Source: Nitrospirota bacterium
Lineage (GTDB): Bacteria; Nitrospirota; UBA9217
NCBI GenBank assembly: GCA_963754875.1
Contig: CAVWHO010000002.1
Location: 1-64,000, forward strand
Direction: 5' to 3'
DNA: 64,000 bases
A program made the translations under genes and the position numbers. The notes below the pieces were generated by a model that was given only the letters and a program-made list of their open reading frames with translations, was not told where the DNA came from and did no database searches. Positions 1 to 9,317 of this stretch are shown in pieces (position 1 is the stretch's first letter; every line of letters starts with the position of its first letter).

Positions 1-1526
1 CGCCACCAATTGCCGACTGCCAATTTCCCCCACTGCTGTTCTTCCTGCATACTGCATACGCCCACCTGTTTGTTCACGCCGAGAGCGTTCCATATCTTTT
101 GCGATGTCGACGGCATGACCGGGTAGAGGTAGAGGCCGATCAGCCGGAGCGATTCCGAAAGATTGTAGAGCACGCTCCCCAGCCGGGCCAGGTCGTTCTT
201 CTTCGCGAGAGTCCAGGGCGCATTCTCCTCCACGTAGCGGTTCGCTCGCGTTACAATGGTCCAGACGTCCTGAAGGTATTTCGTAAAGGCCAGCGCGGCG
301 AGGTCATCATCGACCTTCACCGGTATCGACGCGGCCGTTTCGCGCAGCTCGATATCGACGGGTTGTTCAACGCCTGCCGGCGGGACCTTTCCGTCAAAAT
401 ACTTATTGATCATCGTGACGACCCGCGACAGAAGGTTCCCGAGATCGTTCGCGAGCTCCGTATTAAACCGCGTGGTGAACGTCTCGATCGAAAAATCACC
501 GTCCAGGCCGAACGGCACCTCGCGAAGCACAAAGTAGCGGAACGCGTCCGTACCGTGCGCCTCGGCAACCTCGTTCGGGTCAATCACGTTGCCGATCGAT
601 TTTGACATCTTTTTCCCGTCCCGCGTCCACCAGCCGTGGGCGAAGATATTCTTCGGAAGCGAAAGCCCGAGCGCCATGAGCATCGTGGACCAGTAGACGC
701 TGTGTGTGGTCAGGATGTCCTTGCCGACGAGGTGATGGTCTGCAGGCCACCAGAATTTTTCCCGCTCTTTGGGTGCACCGGAGCCTTGGACAGACGGGCT
801 CAGGTAGCGCGTAGCGGAAAAGTAGTTTACCAGCGCGTCGAACCAGACATAGGTAACAAAATCCCGGTCAAAGGGCAGTTCGATTCCCCAGGAAAGCCGT
901 GCTTTGGGCCGAGAGATACAGAGGTCCCCCAGTTGTTGCGTTTTAAGAAAACCGAGCACTTCGTTCCGCCGGCTCTCGGGCCTGATGTAGTTCGGGTTCT
1001 GTTCGATATGGGCAATGAGCTTCTCCTGATACTTGCTCATGAGGAAGAAATAGTTGTCCTCGGTGATGCGTTCGACCGGCCTGCCGCAGTCCGGGCATTT
1101 TCCCTCGACGATTTCCTTCGCCGTCCAAAACCGCTCGTCAGGCGTGCAGTACCAGCCCTCGTAGGTTCGCCGTTCGATCTCTCCCTTGTCAAAAAGGTTC
1201 TGCAACAGCTCCTGCACAACGGCAATGTGCTCCTTGTCCGTTGTGCGGATGAAAGCATCGTTCGAGATCTCCAGCCTCTTCCAGAGCTTCTGAAAGTTCA
1301 CGGTCATAAGGTCCGCATGCGCCTTGGGCGTGAGGCCGCGATCGATCGCGGCCTTCTCCACCTTTTGTCCGTGCTCATCTGTGCCGGTGAGAAAGAAGAC
1401 AGCATCGCCCATGAGACGATGGTAGCGAGCAAGCGTATCCGCGGCGATCGTAGTGTAAGCGTGGCCGATGTGCGGCACGTCGTTTACGTAATAGATCGGT
1501 GTGGTAATGTAAAATTTTTTCGTCAT
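1..1526 (-). CDS. metG: Methionyl-tRNA synthetase (3' end runs off the window; absent from the ORF track)
   Basis: Manual translation from ATG 1526: MTKKFYITTPIYYVNDVPHIGHAY (HIGH motif), Zn knuckle CPDCGR, YVWFDAL, KMSKS. Confidence 0.97.
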   Translation of the reverse strand, partial: MTKKFYITTPIYYVNDVPHIGHAYTTIAADTLARYHRLMGDAVFFLTGTDEHGQKVEKAAIDRGLTPKAHADLMTVNFQKLWKRLEISNDAFIRTTDKEHIAVVQELLQNLFDKGEIERRTYEGWYCTPDERFWTAKEIVEGKCPDCGRPVERITEDNYFFLMSKYQEKLIAHIEQNPNYIRPESRRNEVLGFLKTQQLGDLCISRPKARLSWGIELPFDRDFVTYVWFDALVNYFSATRYLSPSVQGSGAPKEREKFWWPADHHLVGKDILTTHSVYWSTMLMALGLSLPKNIFAHGWWTRDGKKMSKSIGNVIDPNEVAEAHGTDAFRYFVLREVPFGLDGDFSIETFTTRFNTELANDLGNLLSRVVTMINKYFDGKVPPAGVEQPVDIELRETAASIPVKVDDDLAALAFTKYLQDVWTIVTRANRYVEENAPWTLAKKNDLARLGSVLYNLSESLRLIGLYLYPVMPSTSQKIWNALGVNKQVGVCSMQEEQQWGKLAVGNWW

Positions 1527-1551
1527 AATCGTTTTGTTCTAGAAATAGTTT

Positions 1552-1640
1552 ACCACGAAGAACAGGCGGAGCGTGAATGTGAAAGAGGGACTCAAAAATT
1601 CCCCGCATTTTTTCTTCACGCACTCCACGTACTTCGTGGT
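1552..1640. repeat. Intergenic imperfect inverted repeat (REP-like)
   Basis: ACCACGAAG...GCGTGAA (1552-1577) is complementary to TTCACGC...CTTCGTGGT (1615-1640). Confidence 0.6.
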
Positions 1641-1695
1641 TTTTAATTTTTTTACTGCTCGATGTAAACCTGCAGAGCGCCATTTTCACTACCCG

Positions 1696-2901
1696 TCAGG
1701 GCGTAGCGGGTCCTTGCGGTTTGTTGTCTCCCTGCTGGCCGCCCGGTCCCTTCTTCTTTTTGCGCCAGAACCGCCGTTTTTTCTTCTTGCCGGACTTCTC
1801 GCCTTCCTGCTGCGGCTGCTCAGCTTTCTGTGCCTGCGGTTGGGGTTTCTCCTGCTTTGACTTCTGTTGTTGCTGCTGGCGCTCCCGGGGCAGGACCGCC
1901 CGACGGCTGTTGCGGTTTCCTCTCCTGTTGCTGATCTCTTCTCTTTTCAGGCCTGCCGTCGCCCTTCTGCCCGCCTTCTTTCTGCTTTTCCTTCCGGTGT
2001 TCCTGTTGTTTACGGTCTTCCTGGCGTCTCTTTTCTTCAGCAAGCCGACGCTCCTCAGCTCTTTCCGTTCCTCTGAAATGCGCCGTTCTTCCTCTTCTCT
2101 CTTTTCTCTGACTACGGCCTCTTTCATGCCTGCGACATCTTTTTTAATCTCGTCGTACATTTCATATTCATAGGACAGACAGCAGAGCAAGCGGCCGCAG
2201 ACGCCGGAGATCTTCGCCGGGTTGAGCACCATCTCCTGTTTTTTGGCCATCCGTATCGACACAGGCTCGAAGTTTTTCAGGAACGCCGCGCAGCAGAGCT
2301 CCCTGCCGCAGGGTCCGAACCCCCCGATCAGGCGCGCTACATCCCTGACGCCGATCTGGCGCATCTCGATTCTGCTGTGGAGCTTATAGGCAAGATCTTT
2401 CACCAGTTCGCGGAAGTCAATCCTCGACTCGGAGAAGAAATAAAAGGTGGCACGCGAAGCATCAAAGGAGTATTCCACGCGGATCAGTTTCATCGGCAGT
2501 TCCCGTTCGGCGATCATGTCCTGCGCAGTCTTAAAGGCCTCTGCTTCGAGCCCTTTGTTCTTCTCGTCCCGTGCGAGATCATCCCCTGTTGCCTTGCGCA
2601 GTACCTTTCTCAGCACCTTCGGCGCCTGTTTGTTTCCGTTGGCAGAAGCGTCCGGCGCCGTTTCACTGGGTGACTCTTCTTCAATCTGAAGCCCATGCTC
2701 CTGCTGAACAGGTTCCGGGGCCGGGGCCGGCGGGGCAATTTGTTTTTTAAGGCGCACAACCGTGGCAAGCCCCTGCCCCCGCTCGGAATCTACAATAATC
2801 TTGTCGCCGATGGCGACCTCCAGATCGGTTGCGTCAAAATCATAGACCTTCCAGTTGTCGCGAAAACGCACGCCTGCTATTTTTATCATCGTATCTGTCA
2901 T
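1696..2901 (-). CDS. ricT: PSP1/YaaT (RicT) family protein with a long low-complexity charged C-terminal tail
   Basis: RIDFRELVKDLA, RIEMRQIGVRD, GPCGRELCC, KISGVCGRLLCCL; conserved tmk-holB-yaaT-metG order. The tail may contain compensating indels. Confidence 0.9.
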   Translation of the reverse strand: MTDTMIKIAGVRFRDNWKVYDFDATDLEVAIGDKIIVDSERGQGLATVVRLKKQIAPPAPAPEPVQQEHGLQIEEESPSETAPDASANGNKQAPKVLRKVLRKATGDDLARDEKNKGLEAEAFKTAQDMIAERELPMKLIRVEYSFDASRATFYFFSESRIDFRELVKDLAYKLHSRIEMRQIGVRDVARLIGGFGPCGRELCCAAFLKNFEPVSIRMAKKQEMVLNPAKISGVCGRLLCCLSYEYEMYDEIKKDVAGMKEAVVREKREEEERRISEERKELRSVGLLKKRDARKTVNNRNTGRKSRKKAGRRATAGLKREEISNRRGNRNSRRAVLPRERQQQQQKSKQEKPQPQAQKAEQPQQEGEKSGKKKKRRFWRKKKKGPGGQQGDNKPQGPATP

Positions 2902-3004
2902 CGGTTTACCGGTTTTAGTCCTCTGTTTTGGTATTTACTCAGGCCTGCGCCTGAATGCAATGAAGCACGCCGCGATACACTGAATTCCGTCACTCGAATT
3001 TGTT

Positions 3005-3986
3005 TCATACTCTTCCCAGTTTGAAGAACAGGTTCTCCGCAACCAATTGCGCGCTCACACGGCGGTCGAGCAGGCTCTGGCTGGCTGCAAACAACTCCAA
3101 GTCCATAAACATCTGGGAAAGCGGTACCCGTTCTCCCCAGTTCCGGTACTGTTCTCCTGCCTCTGCAAACACGAGCAGCCGCTCGTCTTTCGTCTCCCGA
3201 TAGACCATGGCGTCACGCAGACACTCGATTCCGATCACGAGCAGGCGATCGAAGCGGTCGCGGTCCTTCGCAAATGTTTCAGCCAGGGCCAGCGTCTCGC
3301 CGGGACCCATCTGCGGCAGCCCGGACCAGAGGTCCATCAGTTGGCTCCGCTCCGTCTTTTCCTGTTCCACGTCCATGTCGAGGCCCCGCCCCATGCTTCC
3401 CTGCGCAAGCGCCGCGACAAACCAGGCGTCTGCTTCCGAAAGCCCTCGTTTTCGCATAAGCGCCTGAGCAAGCGTCTGTCGCGAAAGCGGTTGAAACCGT
3501 ATTTCCTGGCACCGTGAACGGATCGTCGGCAGCAGGCTCTGCGGCAGAGAGGTAATCAGACACGATCAGCGCTTCTCCCGGCGGCTCCTCCAGGGTCTTC
3601 AAAAAAGCATTGGACGATGCCGCGTTCATGCGATCGACGCCGTCGACGATCAGGGTCTTCTTCATACCCTCAAAGGGCTTAAGCGCAAGGTCCGACTGCA
3701 CCTGCCTGACTTGGTCGATCTTGATCTCTTCACCGTCAGGGACAAGAAGGTGAATGTCGGGATGCCCGCCGGTTGCTACCTTGCGGCATGAAGGGCAGAC
3801 ATCGCAGCCCCCCGCCTCGCTGGCATTTTGGCAGTTCACCGCGGCTGCGAGCGCGAGAGCTGTCATTTTTTTCCCGATCCCCGCTTCGCCGGAAAAAAGA
3901 TAGGCATGGGCGAGGGTCTTGTTCGACAGTGCCCGTTTTAAAATAGTGACCGGTTTTTCGTGTCCCTCTATGGCAGCAAACGACAT
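3005..3986 (-). CDS. holB: DNA polymerase III delta' subunit (one apparent frameshift near 3560)
   Basis: HAYLFSGEAGIGK, CDVCPSC, HPD, NAFLKTLEEPP; continues LITSLPQSLLPTIRSRC in the next frame. Confidence 0.93.
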
Positions 3987-4011
3987 GTCGCTCAGCTCCC
4001 GTGAACATTTT

Positions 4012-4659
4012 TCAATTCGACATCACGACGATATCGCCCACGATCTTCCGTATCTCCGCTTGAATATCTTCCATCGACCGCGATGCGTCAACGATCCTGA
4101 TACGATCCGGTTCCTGTTCTGCCAAAGCGAGGTACCCTTGCCTGACGCGTTCGTGAAAGGCAATCGCCTCATTCTCGAACCGGGCTTCCGTTTCGAGGCC
4201 GCGGCTGTTGTTTCTGCCCCGTGCGCGCGCGACACCGGTCGCGGCATCGATGTCGAGGAGAATCGTGACGTCTGGCCTGAGCCCCGCGCACACGATCCGG
4301 TCAAGCGTACGGATAAGGTCGATATCGAGCTTTCTCCCGTATCCCTGGTAGGCAAGCGTCGCATCTGCGAACCGGTCGCAAAGCACCACTCCCGGTGCCA
4401 CAAGATGGGGCAGGATGACCTCTTGTAGATGCTGTGCCCGGCTCGCGGCATAGAGGAGGAGTTCCGCCTTCGGATCGAGAGCTGTATTTTCGGGATCGAG
4501 CAGGATCTTTCTCACCTGGTCGCCGATGAGCGTGCCACCTGGCTCCCGCGTAAGGACCATACGTATACCGAGAGATTTCAGATAATTCGCAAGCAGGACG
4601 ATCTGCGTGGATTTGCCGGAACCCTCGATACCCTCGAGGGTGATGAACTTCCCCTTCAT
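4012..4659 (-). CDS. tmk: Thymidylate kinase
   Basis: FITLEGIEGSGKST, TREPGGT, LCDRF..ATLAYQG. Confidence 0.97.
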   Translation of the reverse strand: MKGKFITLEGIEGSGKSTQIVLLANYLKSLGIRMVLTREPGGTLIGDQVRKILLDPENTALDPKAELLLYAASRAQHLQEVILPHLVAPGVVLCDRFADATLAYQGYGRKLDIDLIRTLDRIVCAGLRPDVTILLDIDAATGVARARGRNNSRGLETEARFENEAIAFHERVRQGYLALAEQEPDRIRIVDASRSMEDIQAEIRKIVGDIVVMSN

Positions 4660-6558
4660 TTATTTAAGCTCCGCGACCGCATCGCCGGCCGCTTTGAGCG
4701 CGGGGTTAGACGTGAAGAGGATTATCTGGGTTTTCGTTCCGAGGGCCCGAAGGACCTGGCATGCCGATTGTTGCCGGACATAATCAAAACCTGCCAGTGC
4801 GTCGTCGATAATGAACGGCAGACGCCGTTTGCCTACGATCGCCTCAACCAGCCCGGTTCTGAGGCAAAAGGTGACAAGCGCCTTTGTCCCATGGCTCAGT
4901 TCCCGATAGGCCAAACGAGCATCGTCTTTCGTGTGGACAATAGGCTCGCCTTCATGTCCCGCTTCGATCCTGACATACTTGCCGCCGGTGACCGCAGCAA
5001 GGTTCCTCTGAGCGGCAGCCTCGACGGCAGGGATGAGTGTTTCCATCTCGATACCGCCCATCCTGCTGGCAACGGCCAATTTGACAAGAAACCCGTCCTG
5101 CTGCCCTGCAGGCACTCCAAAATCTCCCGGCAAATCCTGCCCCATGGTGCCAATATCCCAGGAAGCACCAGCAGACGAAGCCTCTCCTTCCAGCCGCTCG
5201 ATGTCTTGCCTGATACTGTACGTATCGATATTATGGGGTGCAAGAGCCCGTGCAGCCTTTTCCAGTTCCATGATCTCTTCCTGCTGCCGGTCGTACTGCT
5301 GATGCAGGATTTCCGGCGTCTGATCCCCGAGGATTCGCAGCCGCTGCTCTTCAATGTCAGTCCGCAGCCCGACGAAGTAGCGAAAATTTTCGGCCCGGTC
5401 TTTGAGGTCAGCTACATTAGCTGCTCCAGCTGCGCGCAGGCAGGCGGTGACAGCAGCGCTCTCCTGGGCGAATTTCTTTTCAAGTTCGGCGATATCTTTC
5501 TCCAATGCGTCTATATCCTCTTTGACGATTTTTCGCTGTGCGTTCTTCCGCGAGCCGTTGTACAACGCCGCGGCAATCAGGACCAACGCCGCGATGAGGC
5601 CGATATAGAAATATTGACCATATTCCGCCGTCAACACGAACATCCCTGCAAGAATCGAGAGAGCACCGATGACGACGCCGGCAATGAACAACTTGTCGGT
5701 AAAGAAATTGACCGTGGGGATCGCCTCATACTGCATCTTCAGCATGTCCAACTGCTTGTTCAACTCGTCGGTTTCAACAAGCTTCTGACTCTGGCGCCGT
5801 TCCTGCTCGTCGATCATTTCCGAAAGGTCCCCCGGCAGGCTTTCACACCCTTTGAGCTCAGCGAGGGACGCTTCAATCTCGGCTTTCTTTTGTTCAACCT
5901 CTTCGAGGGACGATAACTTTTTTTTGATTTCGTCAGTGGCAAGTTTTGCCGATTGGTGTCGGTAGTCGGCGTCAGCAGCCTCTTCTGCTTTGCGGAGCGT
6001 CTCACGAAGCTCGGCGAGTTTTGCCTGGGTGGCCGCAGATTTTCCACCGCCTGGCGCCGTGGTCCGCGCGGCTCCGGCAAAAGGTGCGGTCACGGCTGGC
6101 GCGGAAGCAGGAGATCCGGCATGGTCAACCACCTGTTCACGCCGAAGTATAAATAGTGTTGAAAAATCCTCTTCAGAAATCCCGGTCGTCAGACCTCTCA
6201 ATACCTGCACGGTGTTTTCCCAGTCTTTGTGCAAGAGACTGAATTCCTTTGATGCGGCGTTGTACTTGGATAGATTTACCGCACGTTTTGAAAAATCCTG
6301 GATCACCCGGTAATACGCCCCGTCATCGAAAAACGCGACGAGGGCGCCACGCGATGCATCCGGTGTTTGGCGCGAAACGAGCGCTTCCATCGCTGAAGGC
6401 CTGCTGTTCGGAAAAAGGAGGCGCTGCATCGTATCAACGGTAGTGGTCTTCCCCGCTTCGTTGCCGGCGGCAATAAAGTTGAACCCGCTTTGAAACCGTA
6501 AGCGGGCAAGTTCCCGAATTCCACGCACTCCCTGCATCACGAGTTCCACCAGGAACAT
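4660..6558 (-). CDS. SMC/SbcC-like (YhaN-type) coiled-coil ATPase with two central TM helices
   Basis: Walker A AGNEAGKTT, long coiled coils, hydrophobic hairpin, C-terminal LSHG...PFIIDDALAGFD. Confidence 0.8.
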   Translation of the reverse strand: MFLVELVMQGVRGIRELARLRFQSGFNFIAAGNEAGKTTTVDTMQRLLFPNSRPSAMEALVSRQTPDASRGALVAFFDDGAYYRVIQDFSKRAVNLSKYNAASKEFSLLHKDWENTVQVLRGLTTGISEEDFSTLFILRREQVVDHAGSPASAPAVTAPFAGAARTTAPGGGKSAATQAKLAELRETLRKAEEAADADYRHQSAKLATDEIKKKLSSLEEVEQKKAEIEASLAELKGCESLPGDLSEMIDEQERRQSQKLVETDELNKQLDMLKMQYEAIPTVNFFTDKLFIAGVVIGALSILAGMFVLTAEYGQYFYIGLIAALVLIAAALYNGSRKNAQRKIVKEDIDALEKDIAELEKKFAQESAAVTACLRAAGAANVADLKDRAENFRYFVGLRTDIEEQRLRILGDQTPEILHQQYDRQQEEIMELEKAARALAPHNIDTYSIRQDIERLEGEASSAGASWDIGTMGQDLPGDFGVPAGQQDGFLVKLAVASRMGGIEMETLIPAVEAAAQRNLAAVTGGKYVRIEAGHEGEPIVHTKDDARLAYRELSHGTKALVTFCLRTGLVEAIVGKRRLPFIIDDALAGFDYVRQQSACQVLRALGTKTQIILFTSNPALKAAGDAVAELK

Positions 6559-6590
6559 AGCATGGCTCCTTTCCCGTCGTTTAATTGACT

Positions 6591-6619
6591 ACTATAACGC
6601 AAGTGTCCTAAAGTTGCAA
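6591..6619 (-). promoter_or_regulatory. Sigma70 promoter for the ATPase-tmk-holB-ricT-metG run
   Basis: TTGCAA-17 bp-TATAGT on the minus strand. Confidence 0.6.
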
Positions 6620-6636
6620 CAGGGAAAATGCTGTTT

Positions 6637-8166
6637 TTACAGCATCTCAAGCGCTTTCTTGAGCGCTTCCGCCTTCTGGAGCGTCTCGAAATATTCCCGC
6701 GTGGGATCGGAGTCGGCCACGATGCCTGCCCCTACCTGAATATGCGCCTTCCCGTCTTTCACGACAAAAGTCCTTATGATGATGTTGAGATCCATGTCCC
6801 CGCTGTTCGAAATGTAACCGATTGACCCGGTATAAGGCCCCCTGGCAACCGGTTCCAGCTCATCGATGATCTCCATGCACCGAACCTTGGGTACACCCGT
6901 GATCGTCCCCCCCGGGAACACGGCGCGGACGAGATCAAAGGCGTCTCTTCCCGCCTTGAGCGTACCGCGCACATTGGAGACGATATGGATCACGTGGGAA
7001 TAGTCCTCAACAACCATCATTTCATCGACCGTTACGGTACCGTAGTCGCACACTTTGCCGAGATCGTTGCGCTCGAGGTCGAGGAGCATGATGTGCTCGG
7101 CGCGTTCTTTCTCATTGGTCAGAAGTTCTGCGGAGAGTTCCCGAGTTTCTGCGTGGTCGCTCCCCCGCCGCCGGGTGCCCGCAATCGGCCGCGTATCGAC
7201 GGCTCCCTCGTGAAGGCGGACGAGACGTTCGGGCGAAGAGCTCACCAGTTGCAGATCGCCGAAGTCCAGGTAGGCGGCAAAAGGAGAAGGGTTGATCTCG
7301 CGCAGGATCTTGTACAGGCGGAGCGTGTCGGCATCGCCGATTGGCAGGGAAAGCCGCTGGGACAGGTTCGTCTGGTAAATGTCTCCCGCGGCGATGTACT
7401 CTTTGCTTCGCCTGACCATGGCCTCGAACTCGGCCTGTGTCAGGTTGGACGTTACCGGAACCGGCTGTATCACCTTTTTTTTGTCGATTGCCGCCGCATC
7501 TCCCGACGTCGCCGCTCTCCGCAAAGCATCGGCGACGGCAGTCAGCCTATCTACGGCTGTATCGTAAAGGCCGTCCCATTGCTCCGGCCCGGGTCGGCGA
7601 AATCCCAGCTCTTGTTCACGCGCGCCGGGGTTCACGATCACCCAGGTTTTTTTCAGAACGTGATCGAAAGCAACAACAAGGTCGACGAACACGAAATACG
7701 CTTCCGGGATGTCAAGGTCAACCGCCGCTTTGCGCGGGAGCTTTTCGAACTGATGAACAAAATCGTAGGAAAAAAAACCGACTGCTCCGCCGGTAAACGG
7801 CGGCAGACCGGGAACGCGCCCGGTCCGGTAATTCTCCATAAGCTCCCGCAGTTTTTTGATCGGTTTCCGCTTCATCGTTGCCCGCTTGCCGTATTTCCCG
7901 GCAGGAGTCTCCGGCAGAATGAGTTCGACTGTCTCGCCCCGCGATTTGAAGATCAAATAAGGGTCCGCTGCGACGAAAGAATACCTGCCGATCTTGTCGT
8001 TCATTCTCGCACTTTCAAGAAGCACGGGAAAGCCCAGGTGCCGCAAGGCCTCAAGCGCGGCGAGCGGGGTCAGCGCCGGCGCATCGATTTCAACGGCAAC
8101 GGGGTCAATCGTACCGGACAGAAGATGACGTAAAAATTCTTCCTTTGAGGGGTTGATTATTTCCAT
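6637..8166 (-). CDS. pabB: Chorismate-binding enzyme, aminodeoxychorismate synthase component I / anthranilate synthase I family
   Basis: LLES, SSSPERL, TRPIAGT, KERAEH, FPGGTITGVPK, GAGIVADS; PIAGT is TrpE-like, so pabB versus trpE is not settled. Confidence 0.75.
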   Translation of the reverse strand: MEIINPSKEEFLRHLLSGTIDPVAVEIDAPALTPLAALEALRHLGFPVLLESARMNDKIGRYSFVAADPYLIFKSRGETVELILPETPAGKYGKRATMKRKPIKKLRELMENYRTGRVPGLPPFTGGAVGFFSYDFVHQFEKLPRKAAVDLDIPEAYFVFVDLVVAFDHVLKKTWVIVNPGAREQELGFRRPGPEQWDGLYDTAVDRLTAVADALRRAATSGDAAAIDKKKVIQPVPVTSNLTQAEFEAMVRRSKEYIAAGDIYQTNLSQRLSLPIGDADTLRLYKILREINPSPFAAYLDFGDLQLVSSSPERLVRLHEGAVDTRPIAGTRRRGSDHAETRELSAELLTNEKERAEHIMLLDLERNDLGKVCDYGTVTVDEMMVVEDYSHVIHIVSNVRGTLKAGRDAFDLVRAVFPGGTITGVPKVRCMEIIDELEPVARGPYTGSIGYISNSGDMDLNIIIRTFVVKDGKAHIQVGAGIVADSDPTREYFETLQKAEALKKALEML

Positions 8167-8249
8167 GGGTAAGGTGATGAAATTGTAGAGACAATTCCCC
8201 GGATGGTCAAGATAATTCTGAGAAAATATTCACGCTTATCGCCTGAAAA

Positions 8250-8309
8250 TGTGGTATTATATTTATAGAGAAACATTGGAAGAGAACGAAACAAGTTGGT
8301 CTTTGAAAA
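8250..8309 (+). promoter_or_regulatory. Extended -10 promoter followed by a boxA-like antitermination element
   Basis: TGTGgTATTAT at 8250-8260; TGGTCTTTGAAAA at 8297-8309 resembles rrn boxA. Confidence 0.55.
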
Positions 8310-8647
8310 GAGTGAATGGATAAGAGGGCGTTGCCGAACCAGCACCGATAGGTGTACAGATGATAACCCGTTATAAAGGGGATCAGGCAACGCGCGAATG
8401 AAAACCGAGGCCGGAGCGAAAGCTGCAAGTTGAGCAGTCAGTTCCCCGGTTTGTTTCACAGGCGACCATTCGAGCGCAAGAGCCAAAACCCCTAAGCCAC
8501 GGGGATACGCGGGACGAGGCCAAAGGCCACATATACACGACGCTTCACAGGGTCTGCAAAGCAGAGCCGCAGAAGCAGGATGTACCTCCCGCAGTACACG
8601 TGGCCCAGCGGAATATCAATACCGGTTCGCAGGCAGCGCCTTTTTTT
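8267..8647 (+). ncRNA. Candidate large structured non-coding RNA, family not recognised
   Basis: Promoter and boxA upstream, long closing helix 8322-8350/8614-8645, many internal hairpins, U7 tract at the end, no credible ORF. Confidence 0.6.
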
Positions 8648-8812
8648 GTTTCCCCACCATTTTCTCCCTCTTTTCTTGCCAGAAAGACACTCCCGCTCTG
8701 AAGCCAATTGACCGATCGACCTCGTTGATTTGCATGAACAAACCTTCGCAAGCCGCCTTGTACCATCTTCCTCTCGACAAAACTCGTGAAATATTCTAAA
8801 CTGCTTTTCGAA

Positions 8813-8858
8813 AGCCGGTTGTTCCCGCTGTTTTTAAACAGGAATCCGGCTCCTTTTT
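8813..8858 (+). terminator. Terminator-like hairpin upstream of the thioesterase gene
   Basis: AGCCGG..TTCC..CTGTTT-TT-AAACAG GAA.CCGGCT followed by CCTTTTT. Confidence 0.45.
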
Positions 8859-8924
8859 GTATCGAAGACGCTGACCCGCGACAGAACCATTCGCGGATGA
8901 CAAAATCCTGAAAGGAGAACCGGA

Positions 8925-9317
8925 TTGAACCATTCGATGGATGTGCACATCTATTACGAGGACACTGACTGCGGCGGGGTAGTTTACTACGCCAACTACC
9001 TGCGCTACATGGAACGGGCGAGGACAGAATACCTCGCTTCAAAGGGCTATTCGGTCAAGAAACTGATGGATGAGGGCACGATCTTCATGGTGCTGCGCGC
9101 TGAAGTAGATTATCGCTCCCCTGCCCGCTACGGCGACACGATCGAGATTGAAACTTGGGTCAAGGACGTAACGCGTGTTACCATGATTTTTGAGCATATC
9201 ATGCGGGACAAAACGTCCCGGCGAGTTTTTGTGGAATGCAGGACAAAAGTCGTCTATGTCGACGCTCAGGGAAAGCCCAAGCGTCTGTCTGACGAGTATG
9301 TGGAAAAGGTAAAATGA
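8925..9317 (+). CDS. ybgC: YbgC/FadM-family acyl-CoA thioesterase
   Basis: IYYEDTDCGGVVYYANYLRYMERARTE; AGGAG RBS before a TTG start. Confidence 0.88.
   Translation: MNHSMDVHIYYEDTDCGGVVYYANYLRYMERARTEYLASKGYSVKKLMDEGTIFMVLRAEVDYRSPARYGDTIEIETWVKDVTRVTMIFEHIMRDKTSRRVFVECRTKVVYVDAQGKPKRLSDEYVEKVK

Noticed and set aside
4429..8133. Long plus-strand ORFs 4429-5916 and 6985-8133 (also 636-1646, 37407-38495 and the minus-strand ORF 47860-49212)
   Set aside because: Antisense shadows of well-supported genes, with no recognisable motifs
8267..8660. tmRNA, RNase P, SRP, 6S, c-di-GMP riboswitch or CsrB identity for the orphan RNA
   Set aside because: Hallmark motifs are missing (no T-arm before CCACCA, no GAGGAAAGUCC, no GGAAGG-AGCAG domain, no GEMM core), the length does not fit 6S, and the GGA count is about what chance predicts
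8157..9042. ORFs 8157-8486, 8492-8707 and 8545-9042
   Set aside because: No RBS or family resemblance; they overlap real genes or the structured RNA
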